Shown in pieces: positions 53,520 to 62,461 of a stretch of 64,000 nucleotides of DNA. The notes beneath the pieces are model-generated. The model saw only the letters and a program-made list of their open reading frames with translations. It was not told where the DNA came from and did no database searches. Made by a program: the position numbers and the translations under genes. Source of the DNA: Candidatus Hydrogenedentota bacterium (lineage in GTDB: Bacteria; Hydrogenedentota; Hydrogenedentia; Hydrogenedentales; JAEUWI01); the NCBI GenBank assembly GCA_034669905.1, contig JAXMOL010000024.1:32001-96000 (forward strand), given 5' to 3'. Positions within the stretch are counted from its first letter, which is position 1; every line of letters begins with the position of its first letter.

Positions 53520-55568
53520 ATGTCCTCCCCCATCCCCTGGCCTGACTTTTCGACCCTGACCACCCCCATGGACCAACTCGTGGCCCTGTCTCAGTTTTAC
53601 GGCACGGACCCGAGCTTCGTCATTGCGGGCGGTGGCAACACCTCCGTCAAGGAAGGCAACCGCCTCCAGGTCAAGGGCAGCGGCACCTCCCTCGGGGATA
53701 TCGGTCCCGAAGGCTTTGTGGAAATGGATCGGGATGCCCTCGACGCCCTCCTCAACAGCACATTGAGCGACGACATCGACGAGCGGGAAGCCCAGTTTAA
53801 GGACGCCGTCATGGCGGCACGCATTTACCCCGAACGGGGCCAGCGCCCTTCCGTGGAATGCGTCCTCCACCACCTCATGCCCGGCACCTATGTGGTCCAC
53901 ACCCACTCGACCGTCGTCAATATGATCACCTGCGCGAAAGGCGGCCAATCCCTCACCGAAAAAATCTTTGGTGACCGCGTGCTCTGGCTCCCTTATGTGA
54001 CACCGGGCTATGTGCTCTCCAAGGGCCTCGCCGACGCCATGGCCGAATACACCAAGACGACGGGCAAGGCCGAGCCGGAAGCCGTCTTCATGGGCAACCA
54101 CGGCCTCATTATCAGCGGTGAGACGCCCGACGAGATCAAGACGAAGACCGACGCCATCCTCAGCGAAATCACCGCCTTCATGGGCGCCCCCTCCCCCACG
54201 CCTTTCGGAAAGATCTTCTCGCTGAAAGACGAACACCGCGTCGAGCTCGTGAACCGCATGGGCCCCATGCTCCGCGCCCTCCTCTCCGACGGCCCCAACC
54301 TCAAGGTCGTCACCTTTGACGATTCCGAAGCGGTCGCGGCCTTCGTCGGCGGACAGGACGGCAAAGAGACCGCGCTGGGCGGCCCCATGATTCCCGACCA
54401 GATTGTGTACTGCAAGTCCTTCCCCCTGTGGCTTGTGGGCGACCCCACGATGGATGAAGCCTCCCTCTGCGCCCACCTCGCCAAGTCGGTGGTAGACCAC
54501 ACCGAAAAGACGGGTTTTTCCCCCCTGGTGATTCTGGTCCAGGGCCTCGGCATGTTCACCGTGGGCGATACGCAAAAGGACGCCGCCACGGTCCGGGATA
54601 TTTACATCGACGACATCAAGATCATGGCCGGTGCCCGCCAGATTAGCGGCATTGAATACATGACCAAAGTCGATCGCGACTTCATTGAAAACTGGGAAGT
54701 GGAAAACTACCGTCGCAAGGTGGCCCAGGGCGCCCGCGCAAAGGGTTCGGTAGACGGGAAGATCGCACTGGTCACCGGTGCGGCCCAGGGCTTCGGCCTC
54801 GAAATCGCCAAGGGCCTCGCTGCTGAAGGGGCTCACGTGGTCCTGGCCGATATCAATGCCGAAGGTACCGTGAAAGCCGCCGAAAGCCTCGTCGCCGAAT
54901 TTGGTATCGGACGGGCCACGGGCCTCGCCATGAACGTCACCGACAGCGCAAGCCTCGCCGAGGCCATGCACCAGGTCGTGCGCTTCTACGGGGGCCTCGA
55001 CCTCTTCGTGGCCAACGCGGGTGTCGTGAAGGCAGGCAGCGTGAAGGAACAGCCCGAAGCCGATTTCGATTTCGTCACTAACGTGAATTACAAAGGCTAC
55101 TTCCTCTGCGTGCAAAACGCCGCCCCCATCATGGGACGCCAACACCGCGCCAAGCCCACCTACCTCAGCGACATCGTCCAGATTAACTCCAAGTCCGGCT
55201 TGGTTGGCTCCAACAAGAACGGCGCCTACGCCGGCAGCAAATTCGGCGGTATCGGGCTGACCCAATCCTTCGCCCTGGAATTGATAGAAGACGGCATCAA
55301 GGTCAACAGCGTGTGCCCCGGCAACTTCTTCGACGGCCCCTTGTGGTCCGACCCGGAGAAGGGCTTGTTCGTCCAGTACCTCCACTCCGGCAAAGTGCCC
55401 GGCGCGAAGACCGTGGAAGAGGTCAAGCACTTCTACGAAGCGAAGGTCCCCATGGGCCGCGGCTGCACCGGCCCGGACGTATTACGGGCGATTGTGTACC
55501 TGACCCAGCAACAATACGAGACCGGCCAGGCCCTGCCGGTCACCGGTGGACAAACGATGTTGGCGTAA
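53520..55568 (+). CDS. Class II aldolase-like domain fused to an SDR (sorbitol-6-phosphate dehydrogenase-like)
   Basis: GGGNTSVK and PSVE..LH...VHTH aldolase motifs; TGAAQGFG, INSKSG, YAGSK and CPGNFF SDR motifs. Confidence 0.88.
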   Translation: MSSPIPWPDFSTLTTPMDQLVALSQFYGTDPSFVIAGGGNTSVKEGNRLQVKGSGTSLGDIGPEGFVEMDRDALDALLNSTLSDDIDEREAQFKDAVMAARIYPERGQRPSVECVLHHLMPGTYVVHTHSTVVNMITCAKGGQSLTEKIFGDRVLWLPYVTPGYVLSKGLADAMAEYTKTTGKAEPEAVFMGNHGLIISGETPDEIKTKTDAILSEITAFMGAPSPTPFGKIFSLKDEHRVELVNRMGPMLRALLSDGPNLKVVTFDDSEAVAAFVGGQDGKETALGGPMIPDQIVYCKSFPLWLVGDPTMDEASLCAHLAKSVVDHTEKTGFSPLVILVQGLGMFTVGDTQKDAATVRDIYIDDIKIMAGARQISGIEYMTKVDRDFIENWEVENYRRKVAQGARAKGSVDGKIALVTGAAQGFGLEIAKGLAAEGAHVVLADINAEGTVKAAESLVAEFGIGRATGLAMNVTDSASLAEAMHQVVRFYGGLDLFVANAGVVKAGSVKEQPEADFDFVTNVNYKGYFLCVQNAAPIMGRQHRAKPTYLSDIVQINSKSGLVGSNKNGAYAGSKFGGIGLTQSFALELIEDGIKVNSVCPGNFFDGPLWSDPEKGLFVQYLHSGKVPGAKTVEEVKHFYEAKVPMGRGCTGPDVLRAIVYLTQQQYETGQALPVTGGQTMLA

Positions 55569-55583
55569 ACATCGGAATGAGAT

Positions 55584-55638
55584 AACCACAAAGAACGCAA
55601 AGAGCGCAGAGATTTATGGTCTCTGCGCTCTTTTTTTT
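55584..55638 (+). terminator. 9-bp-periodic REP-like hairpin acting as probable terminator
   Basis: aaagagcgcagaga-tttatgg-tctctgcgctcttt followed by a T-run. Confidence 0.7.
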
Positions 55639-55789
55639 GCCTCTAAAGTTAACGGCGGGCTATTTATAAGAATTGATTAATACCTTTTGGAGAGCATGAG
55701 TTTGACTGCTACGTAGTTTCTATGAATACTTATCGTTTGCCATACAATCCTACAGACACTGACTATTATATATTACCGTTCTAGCACGT

Positions 55790-56713
55790 ATGATGGGGAA
55801 ACACTTAATGGGCTATCAAGAAAATACAGACAATTACAAGCCAGAAATAATATATCTCCGATTCGGAAAAAACTCACATGACCTAGACGCCCAGACGCTT
55901 GCAATTACGTTGGTGGAGACTCTAAATACCATCGAGCAAATCGGGCATTCGCAAATGAACTACTTTCGAGTATCGATGAATGTCAGACCATTTGAGCGTG
56001 GTAGTTTTGAGATTCCGATTGAGCTGCACCCATTAATCGTGGGCACGCTGTTTCACTCAAAAGAGTTTCTTCCCGTAATTAAGCAGTCCATTGATATTCT
56101 GGTAGCGTATCTTAATCTTAAGAAGATACTCAAGGGCAAAACCCCGTCAAATATTAAACAGAATGGCGACACAATCTCAGTAGTAGCGTCTGATGGGGCT
56201 ACGGTAAACGTTACCCATCAAACCTACAACCTTGTTCAAAACAATGCACCTGTAAATGCTAGTACTGAAAGACAGTTTCAGCAGCTGGAACAGGATGAGA
56301 CTGTGGAGAGCTTTGAAATAATGGATGAGAATCGCACTCCACTATTCAAATCATCCAAGGCTGAGTTCCCTCAAATTAAGCGCATCAACCCAAGCGTTCA
56401 GAAAGAGTCGCTTTCCGAGTCTAGGACTATTGAATTGTGTATTCAAAGACCGGTATTAGAAAGAAAGCATTCTAGCTGGGGCTTTCTACATGATGGCGAA
56501 AAAATGAACGCACAAATGAAGGACGACGACTTTCTTTCTCGGATTGAGGATGGCGAAAAGTTCGCAATGGGTGACAGACTCCAAGTAGAGTTGGAGACTA
56601 CGAAAATATTCGACGCTTCGCTCCAAGTCCACAAGGTCAAGTCTCGTAGCATTACGAAGGTCTATCGACATACGCCTAGACCTGCACAAAGTGAGCTAGA
56701 TTTTACTTCGTAA
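55790..56713 (+). CDS. Hypothetical protein (AT-rich accessory gene)
   Basis: 307-aa ORF with foreign codon use; ERGSFEI motif and a beta-rich C-terminus; start may be 55793 or 55808. Confidence 0.7.
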   Translation: MMGKHLMGYQENTDNYKPEIIYLRFGKNSHDLDAQTLAITLVETLNTIEQIGHSQMNYFRVSMNVRPFERGSFEIPIELHPLIVGTLFHSKEFLPVIKQSIDILVAYLNLKKILKGKTPSNIKQNGDTISVVASDGATVNVTHQTYNLVQNNAPVNASTERQFQQLEQDETVESFEIMDENRTPLFKSSKAEFPQIKRINPSVQKESLSESRTIELCIQRPVLERKHSSWGFLHDGEKMNAQMKDDDFLSRIEDGEKFAMGDRLQVELETTKIFDASLQVHKVKSRSITKVYRHTPRPAQSELDFTS

Positions 56714-56930
56714 TGCTAGATTTGTAGCATTCCACATGTTGTGCTTTGAGTGAACGTGTCAAGCCCCCGCATTTTTCTATTGAGATGCCGTAAAGTAAGG
56801 GCTCACAAGTTTCGCACTCGGACGTACTACCTACCATTGTATGTCAGGCGCAGCAGCAATATGAAGAGGGCCAGGCCCAGTCGGTGCCCCGTAACCAGAT
56901 CATGCTGACGTAATGTCCTGCCCCGCTAGC

Positions 56931-57767
56931 CTATGACGCTTTTTCCCAAATATATAGTCGAGTTTCGTTGTTTGCTGTCTCCGTCACCCAAATTTCATCT
57001 TCTTCTAGTACTCTGACTACAATAAGTTCTACAAACAATTCAAGAAACGCGTTGCGAATAAATCTAATTTCTTCTGTGAGAGCATTTTCATCTACGCTTC
57101 TAGGCGTGGAAATTACGAAATGCCCTCCCTGTAACTGCCTCGCGCATTGACAAGGAAATATAAATCGAACTACGGCGGTCGTTTCATCGACGATGTATCG
57201 TCGGTCGATTGCCTCAGTCCGGGTCAACAAGTCTTCTGCTCGAAAGCGCCCCGATACGTGTGATATGGAGTATCCCCAAAAGAGCTGGGCTACCATGGCG
57301 AAGGCCCTCTCAAGGTGCTCTTCTCTCGTTTCTCCTGCTTCCTGAGGCACAATTTTATCTAATATAGACGGGGCTACATTTTCTATTCGAAGCCTCAGAG
57401 TATCTTTGTAGAAAAGCCCGTCCAACGTTCGACGGAGCTTGTCTTCATTCGACAGCGGCAACAGGAATTCGTAAGTCACCAGTTTCTCGTAAGAAACGCG
57501 TTTGTAGGTTGCGAGTCCAGCTTCTTTCTGCGAAATGAGTTTCTCAAGTTCCTCAACGGACATTTCGAGAAATTCACGTCTGACGCGATAGACCCCGCGT
57601 TTTGGCTTTTCGACCAGTGTCCTCAGTTGTTTGCCCAAATACGTGCTAGGGGTCGTTCCCTGCCAATGTGTCATGGCGTCATTAAAATCTGTTTTACTAA
57701 ATGTCGATTCATTTTTCGCCGATTTTTTCATAAAATCGTACAATTCGCGAACTTTGGCATTGTGCAT
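56931..57767 (-). CDS. Hypothetical protein (AT-rich), possible N-terminal winged helix
   Basis: 278-aa ORF with AGAGGG RBS; N-terminal helical pattern followed by GVYRV. Confidence 0.7.
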   Translation of the reverse strand: MHNAKVRELYDFMKKSAKNESTFSKTDFNDAMTHWQGTTPSTYLGKQLRTLVEKPKRGVYRVRREFLEMSVEELEKLISQKEAGLATYKRVSYEKLVTYEFLLPLSNEDKLRRTLDGLFYKDTLRLRIENVAPSILDKIVPQEAGETREEHLERAFAMVAQLFWGYSISHVSGRFRAEDLLTRTEAIDRRYIVDETTAVVRFIFPCQCARQLQGGHFVISTPRSVDENALTEEIRFIRNAFLELFVELIVVRVLEEDEIWVTETANNETRLYIWEKAS

Positions 57768-57879
57768 TCTGTTGTGCCCTCTAAAGTTATAGAGACATTA
57801 TAACTTAGTGCTCATTACAGACCAAAACCCTACTATAACATATACTTTATTCTTTAGTCCCTATGGAACATCATATCAT

Positions 57880-58012
57880 AGCCCAGCCGGGAGCGAAGCG
57901 GTCTCTGGGAACACCACACCAAAACAGTCATGAAGGCTGAGGGGTGGCACATACTCCTCCCATCACTCAAACACCATTCCTCAGAAATAGGCTATGCCAC
58001 CTCTTCGGGGCA
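57880..58012. repeat. Degenerate palindromic repeat element
   Basis: gaggggtggcacata ... tatgccacctcttc imperfect inverted repeat. Confidence 0.4.
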
Positions 58013-58015
58013 TAT

Positions 58016-58068
58016 GCAAAGAGCGCAAAGGCACGAAATATTCTGTGCTCTCTGCGCTCTTTGTGGTT
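58016..58068. repeat. Second copy of the 55584 repeat family
   Basis: gcaaagagcgcaaag...tctgtgctctctgcgctctttgtggtt; the right end is the inverse of aaccacaaaga at 55584. Confidence 0.75.
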
Positions 58069-58152
58069 CAAGACCCACTGAATCCGTCGTCGGCATTAAC
58101 TGCTTCGCGTGTGTTCACCGGGCATTCGATGTCGCCTCGAAACCTCGCTCCT

Positions 58153-61100
58153 TCACCCCTCCCCACAAATGGTATACGTACCCGAACCAAGTACAAAAAA
58201 TTTAAATTCTTGCCCTCCGACATGGTCGCTCAACGGCTCGCCATCGACAGTCACGTCACGCGAGAACCCATCGGGCAAGCGCACCACCGCCGTCGTGTTT
58301 ACCGGAATCTCGACCTCCAGCGTGAATCTGTCGCCGTCAATCTTCCAATCGGAACGAATCAACCCATGAATCGAATCATAGCTGGTCTTCGCATGGGTCA
58401 GCCCACCGCCGGGCTCGGGCGATACTTCAAAGCGCTTAAACCCGGGATCGAGAGGTGCAATGCCGCCGATGGTGCTGTAGAGCCATTCGCCCACGGCCCC
58501 AAAGGCGTAATGATTAAAGGAGTTCATGCCGGGGTCCTGGAACCCGTTTTCCGGGGTCCAGCCATCCCACCGCTCCCACATGGTCGTGGCGCCCTGGGTC
58601 ACCTGGAAAAGCCAGGACGGATAGTCGGTGTTCATGAGGAGCTGGTAGGCCAAATCAATTTTTCCCGCTTCCGCCAATCCCGGCAGGAGTCGTGGCGTGC
58701 CGATGAAGCCTGTCGCCAGATGGTTATCGAAGCGGGCAATTTCTTCGGCGAATTGTTCCGCAGCGTTGGCTTTCAGCGTCTCCGGAATCAGGTCCATCGT
58801 AAAGGCCAGGGCATAACCCGTCTGGCTGCTCTCGAGGATTTTTCCCGTGTCGTTGATGAAGTTTTTGGCGAAGGCCGCCTTGACTTCTTCTTCCAACGCC
58901 TCATAGTGAGCAGCCTTTTCGGTCTCGCCGATAGCCGTCGCCATCTCTTCCATCAACCCGGCGAGGTAGGCGAAGTAGGCTGTGCAAATCACTTCGTCTT
59001 TCGCACCACCGCCCTTGTTGAGCCAGTCGCCATAGCCCATTTTCGAGCGGATGCCGTCTTCGCTGGTGGACTCTAGGAATTCCATGCCACGCACGAGGTT
59101 GGGGAAGTGCTGACGGATGATACCCGTGTCGCCATAGTAACGATAGAGTTGGTAGGTGCAAATCATGGCGGCATCACCCCAGGCTACCGCACCACCGCCC
59201 AAGGCCACATGGGGAGCCACGTCGGCAAAGGACCCATTCTCCAACTGGGAGTCCTGAATCAGATCCACAAGCCACTTGGTGAAAAAGGCGCCACAGTCCA
59301 TGTTATAAAGCGCCGTGGGCATAAAGAATTGCGCGTCACCCGTCCACCCCATCCGCTCATCGCGCTGGGGACAATCGGTGGGGATTTCCAGGTAGTTGCC
59401 CTTCTGTCCCCAGACGATGTTGTGGAAGAGCTGGTTCAGCAGCGGCTCGGAACATTCGAAGTGCCCTGCGGGCTCGATGACCGACTGGAGCACCACGCCC
59501 ACCACGTCTTCCGGTGCGGGCGGATTCTTAATGCCGCTGATTTCTACATACTGAAATCCATGAAAGGTAAAGTGGGGCGCCCAGGTCAGCGGGCCGTCCT
59601 CCGCGAGTGTCACCGTGTCGATACACCGGGCCTTGCGCAGGTTGGTGGTGTACAGGGAGCCATCGGCATCGAGACGCTCACCAAAACGCAGCTGCACGCG
59701 CTCGCCCGCGGTGCCATCCAGGGTGACCCGTGCCCAACCGGCAAAGTTTTGACCGAGGTCGTAGATATACACGCCGGGCTCCGATTCCGTGCGGGACACG
59801 GCGGGCAATTCCTCGTGGGGCGTCACCGGTGTGCCGGGGTGGGCTTGCACCGGCGCGGTGTTCGTCGTGCCTGTGGCGACAGGATGCCACCCACTATCGT
59901 CGAAGCCAGCGTTTAGCCAACCGTTGGTCGCTTTTCGCAGATCGTGGGTTTCGCCCATGAGCATGTCCGCTTCCCGGATGTGCCCATAGCTGGCCCGCCA
60001 ATCGTCGCCTGTGCTCACAGTCTCCACACGGCCATCGGCGTATTCGATTTCCAATTGGGCGCGAAATCGGGGCGCGTCGCCATAGTGGTCCCGGGCACTC
60101 TTCACGTTGAGCTGGGGAAGGAAGCCAAGATAGCCTGCAAACCACCCGTCACCCAACAAGGCGCCAAAGACATTTTCGCCGTCTTCCTTGACCAAGTCGC
60201 TGACATCGTAGGTCTGGTAATAGACCCGCTTGTTGTAATCCGTAAAGCCCGGCGCAAAGACAAAGTCGCCCACGCGCTCGCCGTTGAGGTACGCCTCATA
60301 ATTCCCCAGGGCCGTGGCATAGAGGGTAGCCCGCACGATGTCCGAATCGGTCTCAAAGGCCGTGCGCAATTGGGGCGGTGGCGGCAAGAGGGTCGGTGCC
60401 GGCAGCTTGGGCGCTGGCCACGGGGGCGTACCCGCTGGACCGATGGCGTGGGAAGCCGACCAGGCACCATCGTCAAATGTTGAGGCCATCCAATCGTCCG
60501 CGAGCGCGTCGCGAAAGCTCTTCCATGACGGGCCACTTTCTACCACCAAATCGCTTCCGTCGACGTAGTCCACCACCAGGCGGGCAATGAGCCCTGCGGG
60601 GTTCGCCGCGTCTCCCTGGTTATCCGCGAGAATCGCCAGGGTATGCTCACCGGCCCCAAGCACCCGCATCAGGTCAATGCGCATGACCTGATTGAAGTCG
60701 GTCACCGTGCCTTCCAGCTCCACCCCATCCAGATAGGGCCGTGCCCAGTTATCCGCCGTGAGGTAAAGGGCCGATGCCTTAATCGCCCGGCCTTCTTCCA
60801 CCGTGAAGGTGGTCCTGAACGCCACCTTCCCCACCGGTGCCGAGGCCGCCGGATTCCCCTCGGGAAACCAGATCCACTGGGCCTTGCCCATGTCGAGGGC
60901 GGGCGAATCCACCGCCTCGTCGCCCGTGGGCGCATCGTAGCCAATCCATTCCGCCTGCCAGTCGTCGGGCGACAGGAATCCCATGGTCCAATGAGAAGGG
61001 GCACTCCAGCCGGAAGGTTGATCTTCGCCGTCCCACACCTGCACCTTCCAATAGCACCGGTCCCGGGAACCCAGGGGTGTGCCTCCATATTCGATGAAGG

Positions 61101-61389
61101 CCGTGGCATCGGAGTTCACCTTACCCGAATCCCACCGGTCTCCCCGATCTTCCTTCAGCAGGTCTTCCGAAGACGCCACGAGGACGCGGTACGCCGATTG
61201 GACCTGACCCCGCGCCTCGGAAGTCAATTGCCAACTTAACCGGGGCGTAGTCGTCTCTATGCCCAGGGGGGCGTCCTTATATTCCACCCGTAGATCGCTG
61301 ACCACAACCGACGCCAGACTGTTCATCGAAATCAACACCCCTATCAGTGAGAGTAGACCTGCTCGAATCAACATTATCGTATTCCTCAT
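58153..61389 (-). CDS. Alpha-L-rhamnosidase (GH78)
   Basis: PRLSW, WDSGKV, DLGQNFAGW, FTFHGFQYVE, PTDCPQRDERMGWTGD, ATTMWERWD, MNSFNHYAFG; ATG at 61389. Confidence 0.95.
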   Translation of the reverse strand: MRNTIMLIRAGLLSLIGVLISMNSLASVVVSDLRVEYKDAPLGIETTTPRLSWQLTSEARGQVQSAYRVLVASSEDLLKEDRGDRWDSGKVNSDATAFIEYGGTPLGSRDRCYWKVQVWDGEDQPSGWSAPSHWTMGFLSPDDWQAEWIGYDAPTGDEAVDSPALDMGKAQWIWFPEGNPAASAPVGKVAFRTTFTVEEGRAIKASALYLTADNWARPYLDGVELEGTVTDFNQVMRIDLMRVLGAGEHTLAILADNQGDAANPAGLIARLVVDYVDGSDLVVESGPSWKSFRDALADDWMASTFDDGAWSASHAIGPAGTPPWPAPKLPAPTLLPPPPQLRTAFETDSDIVRATLYATALGNYEAYLNGERVGDFVFAPGFTDYNKRVYYQTYDVSDLVKEDGENVFGALLGDGWFAGYLGFLPQLNVKSARDHYGDAPRFRAQLEIEYADGRVETVSTGDDWRASYGHIREADMLMGETHDLRKATNGWLNAGFDDSGWHPVATGTTNTAPVQAHPGTPVTPHEELPAVSRTESEPGVYIYDLGQNFAGWARVTLDGTAGERVQLRFGERLDADGSLYTTNLRKARCIDTVTLAEDGPLTWAPHFTFHGFQYVEISGIKNPPAPEDVVGVVLQSVIEPAGHFECSEPLLNQLFHNIVWGQKGNYLEIPTDCPQRDERMGWTGDAQFFMPTALYNMDCGAFFTKWLVDLIQDSQLENGSFADVAPHVALGGGAVAWGDAAMICTYQLYRYYGDTGIIRQHFPNLVRGMEFLESTSEDGIRSKMGYGDWLNKGGGAKDEVICTAYFAYLAGLMEEMATAIGETEKAAHYEALEEEVKAAFAKNFINDTGKILESSQTGYALAFTMDLIPETLKANAAEQFAEEIARFDNHLATGFIGTPRLLPGLAEAGKIDLAYQLLMNTDYPSWLFQVTQGATTMWERWDGWTPENGFQDPGMNSFNHYAFGAVGEWLYSTIGGIAPLDPGFKRFEVSPEPGGGLTHAKTSYDSIHGLIRSDWKIDGDRFTLEVEIPVNTTAVVRLPDGFSRDVTVDGEPLSDHVGGQEFKFFVLGSGTYTICGEG

Positions 61390-61441
61390 TCTCGTGTACC
61401 CCCCCGGCGCACCCGCCGGATATAGCCCATCAACCTGCACC

Positions 61442-62368
61442 TTAAAGACGCACCAGCTTCGTAATTTTTCCCGTCTCATTGGACAACCATTCGGCCACGT
61501 AGATATTCCCCTTCGCGTCCACATGCAGATCGTGGGGAGAAGAAAAGGCTCCCTCGACCCAGTCGGACTCCGGCAGATTGGGCCACCCATCCTTTTTCCA
61601 GCAGTCGGGTCGGTCGCCCAGGTGGCTAATCAGCGTGTCGTCTTTGTCGAAGATGCTGATGCGGGAGTGCAGATCGGGCACGTAGTTTTCCTCGCCCCAG
61701 GGATTCACCGTGCAGGGGAAGCGCAATTCCTCCGTGACTTCCGAGATACAGGCCCCGGCCAGCGTGAAGTATTGAAGCCGCACGTTCACCCGGTCGGCCA
61801 CCAGGAGGCGTTCTTCGCCACTTCGGGTATCTATCTTGAGGCCATGGGGACACTGCAGCTGCCCCGGTGCACTACCCGGACCGCCGAAGGAGTCGAGGTA
61901 CTCACCCGCCGGGCTGTAGCGATGAATCCAGCTCTGACCATAGCCATCGGCGATGTAGATATCCCCATTGGACGCCACGGCCGTTTCTGTGGGCACGAAC
62001 TTCCGTTCCTCATCATAAATATCGCTGCGGGGTGGCGTTGAAATCCGCAGGACTTCTTCCCCGGTCAACGTGGTCTTCACCACCACGCCGGCTGACGTCG
62101 CCGCGCAATAGAGGAATTCCTCGCCGCCCTCTTCATTCAGTATCATGCCGTGGGCGCCCCCATGCCAGTCCGCACCCCAGGATTCCAGCACCGTACCATC
62201 GGGATCACACACCACCACGCACTTCGGCCCCGTGTGATGGACGAATATACGCCCTTGCTTATCTTCCACGATGGCGTGGGTCGTGCCAACGACGAGGTCC
62301 GCAGGGAATTTTCCCCACTGATCAACGACGGTATAGCGATGGGTTCCTGAGCCGATTTCCATGAACAT
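61442..62368 (-). CDS. NHL-repeat beta-propeller protein
   Basis: IYIADGYG, CPHG, ADRVN, FSSPHDLHVDAKGNIYVAEW. Confidence 0.85.
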   Translation of the reverse strand: MFMEIGSGTHRYTVVDQWGKFPADLVVGTTHAIVEDKQGRIFVHHTGPKCVVVCDPDGTVLESWGADWHGGAHGMILNEEGGEEFLYCAATSAGVVVKTTLTGEEVLRISTPPRSDIYDEERKFVPTETAVASNGDIYIADGYGQSWIHRYSPAGEYLDSFGGPGSAPGQLQCPHGLKIDTRSGEERLLVADRVNVRLQYFTLAGACISEVTEELRFPCTVNPWGEENYVPDLHSRISIFDKDDTLISHLGDRPDCWKKDGWPNLPESDWVEGAFSSPHDLHVDAKGNIYVAEWLSNETGKITKLVRL

Positions 62369-62461
62369 AATCCTTCCGTTTGCCGGGTGTTTAAAAGCGC
62401 GTGCAGTGTAGCACGTTCCCCAGGAGCTTGGACACTCCTGATGGCAGCCTCGTCTTAGCGC

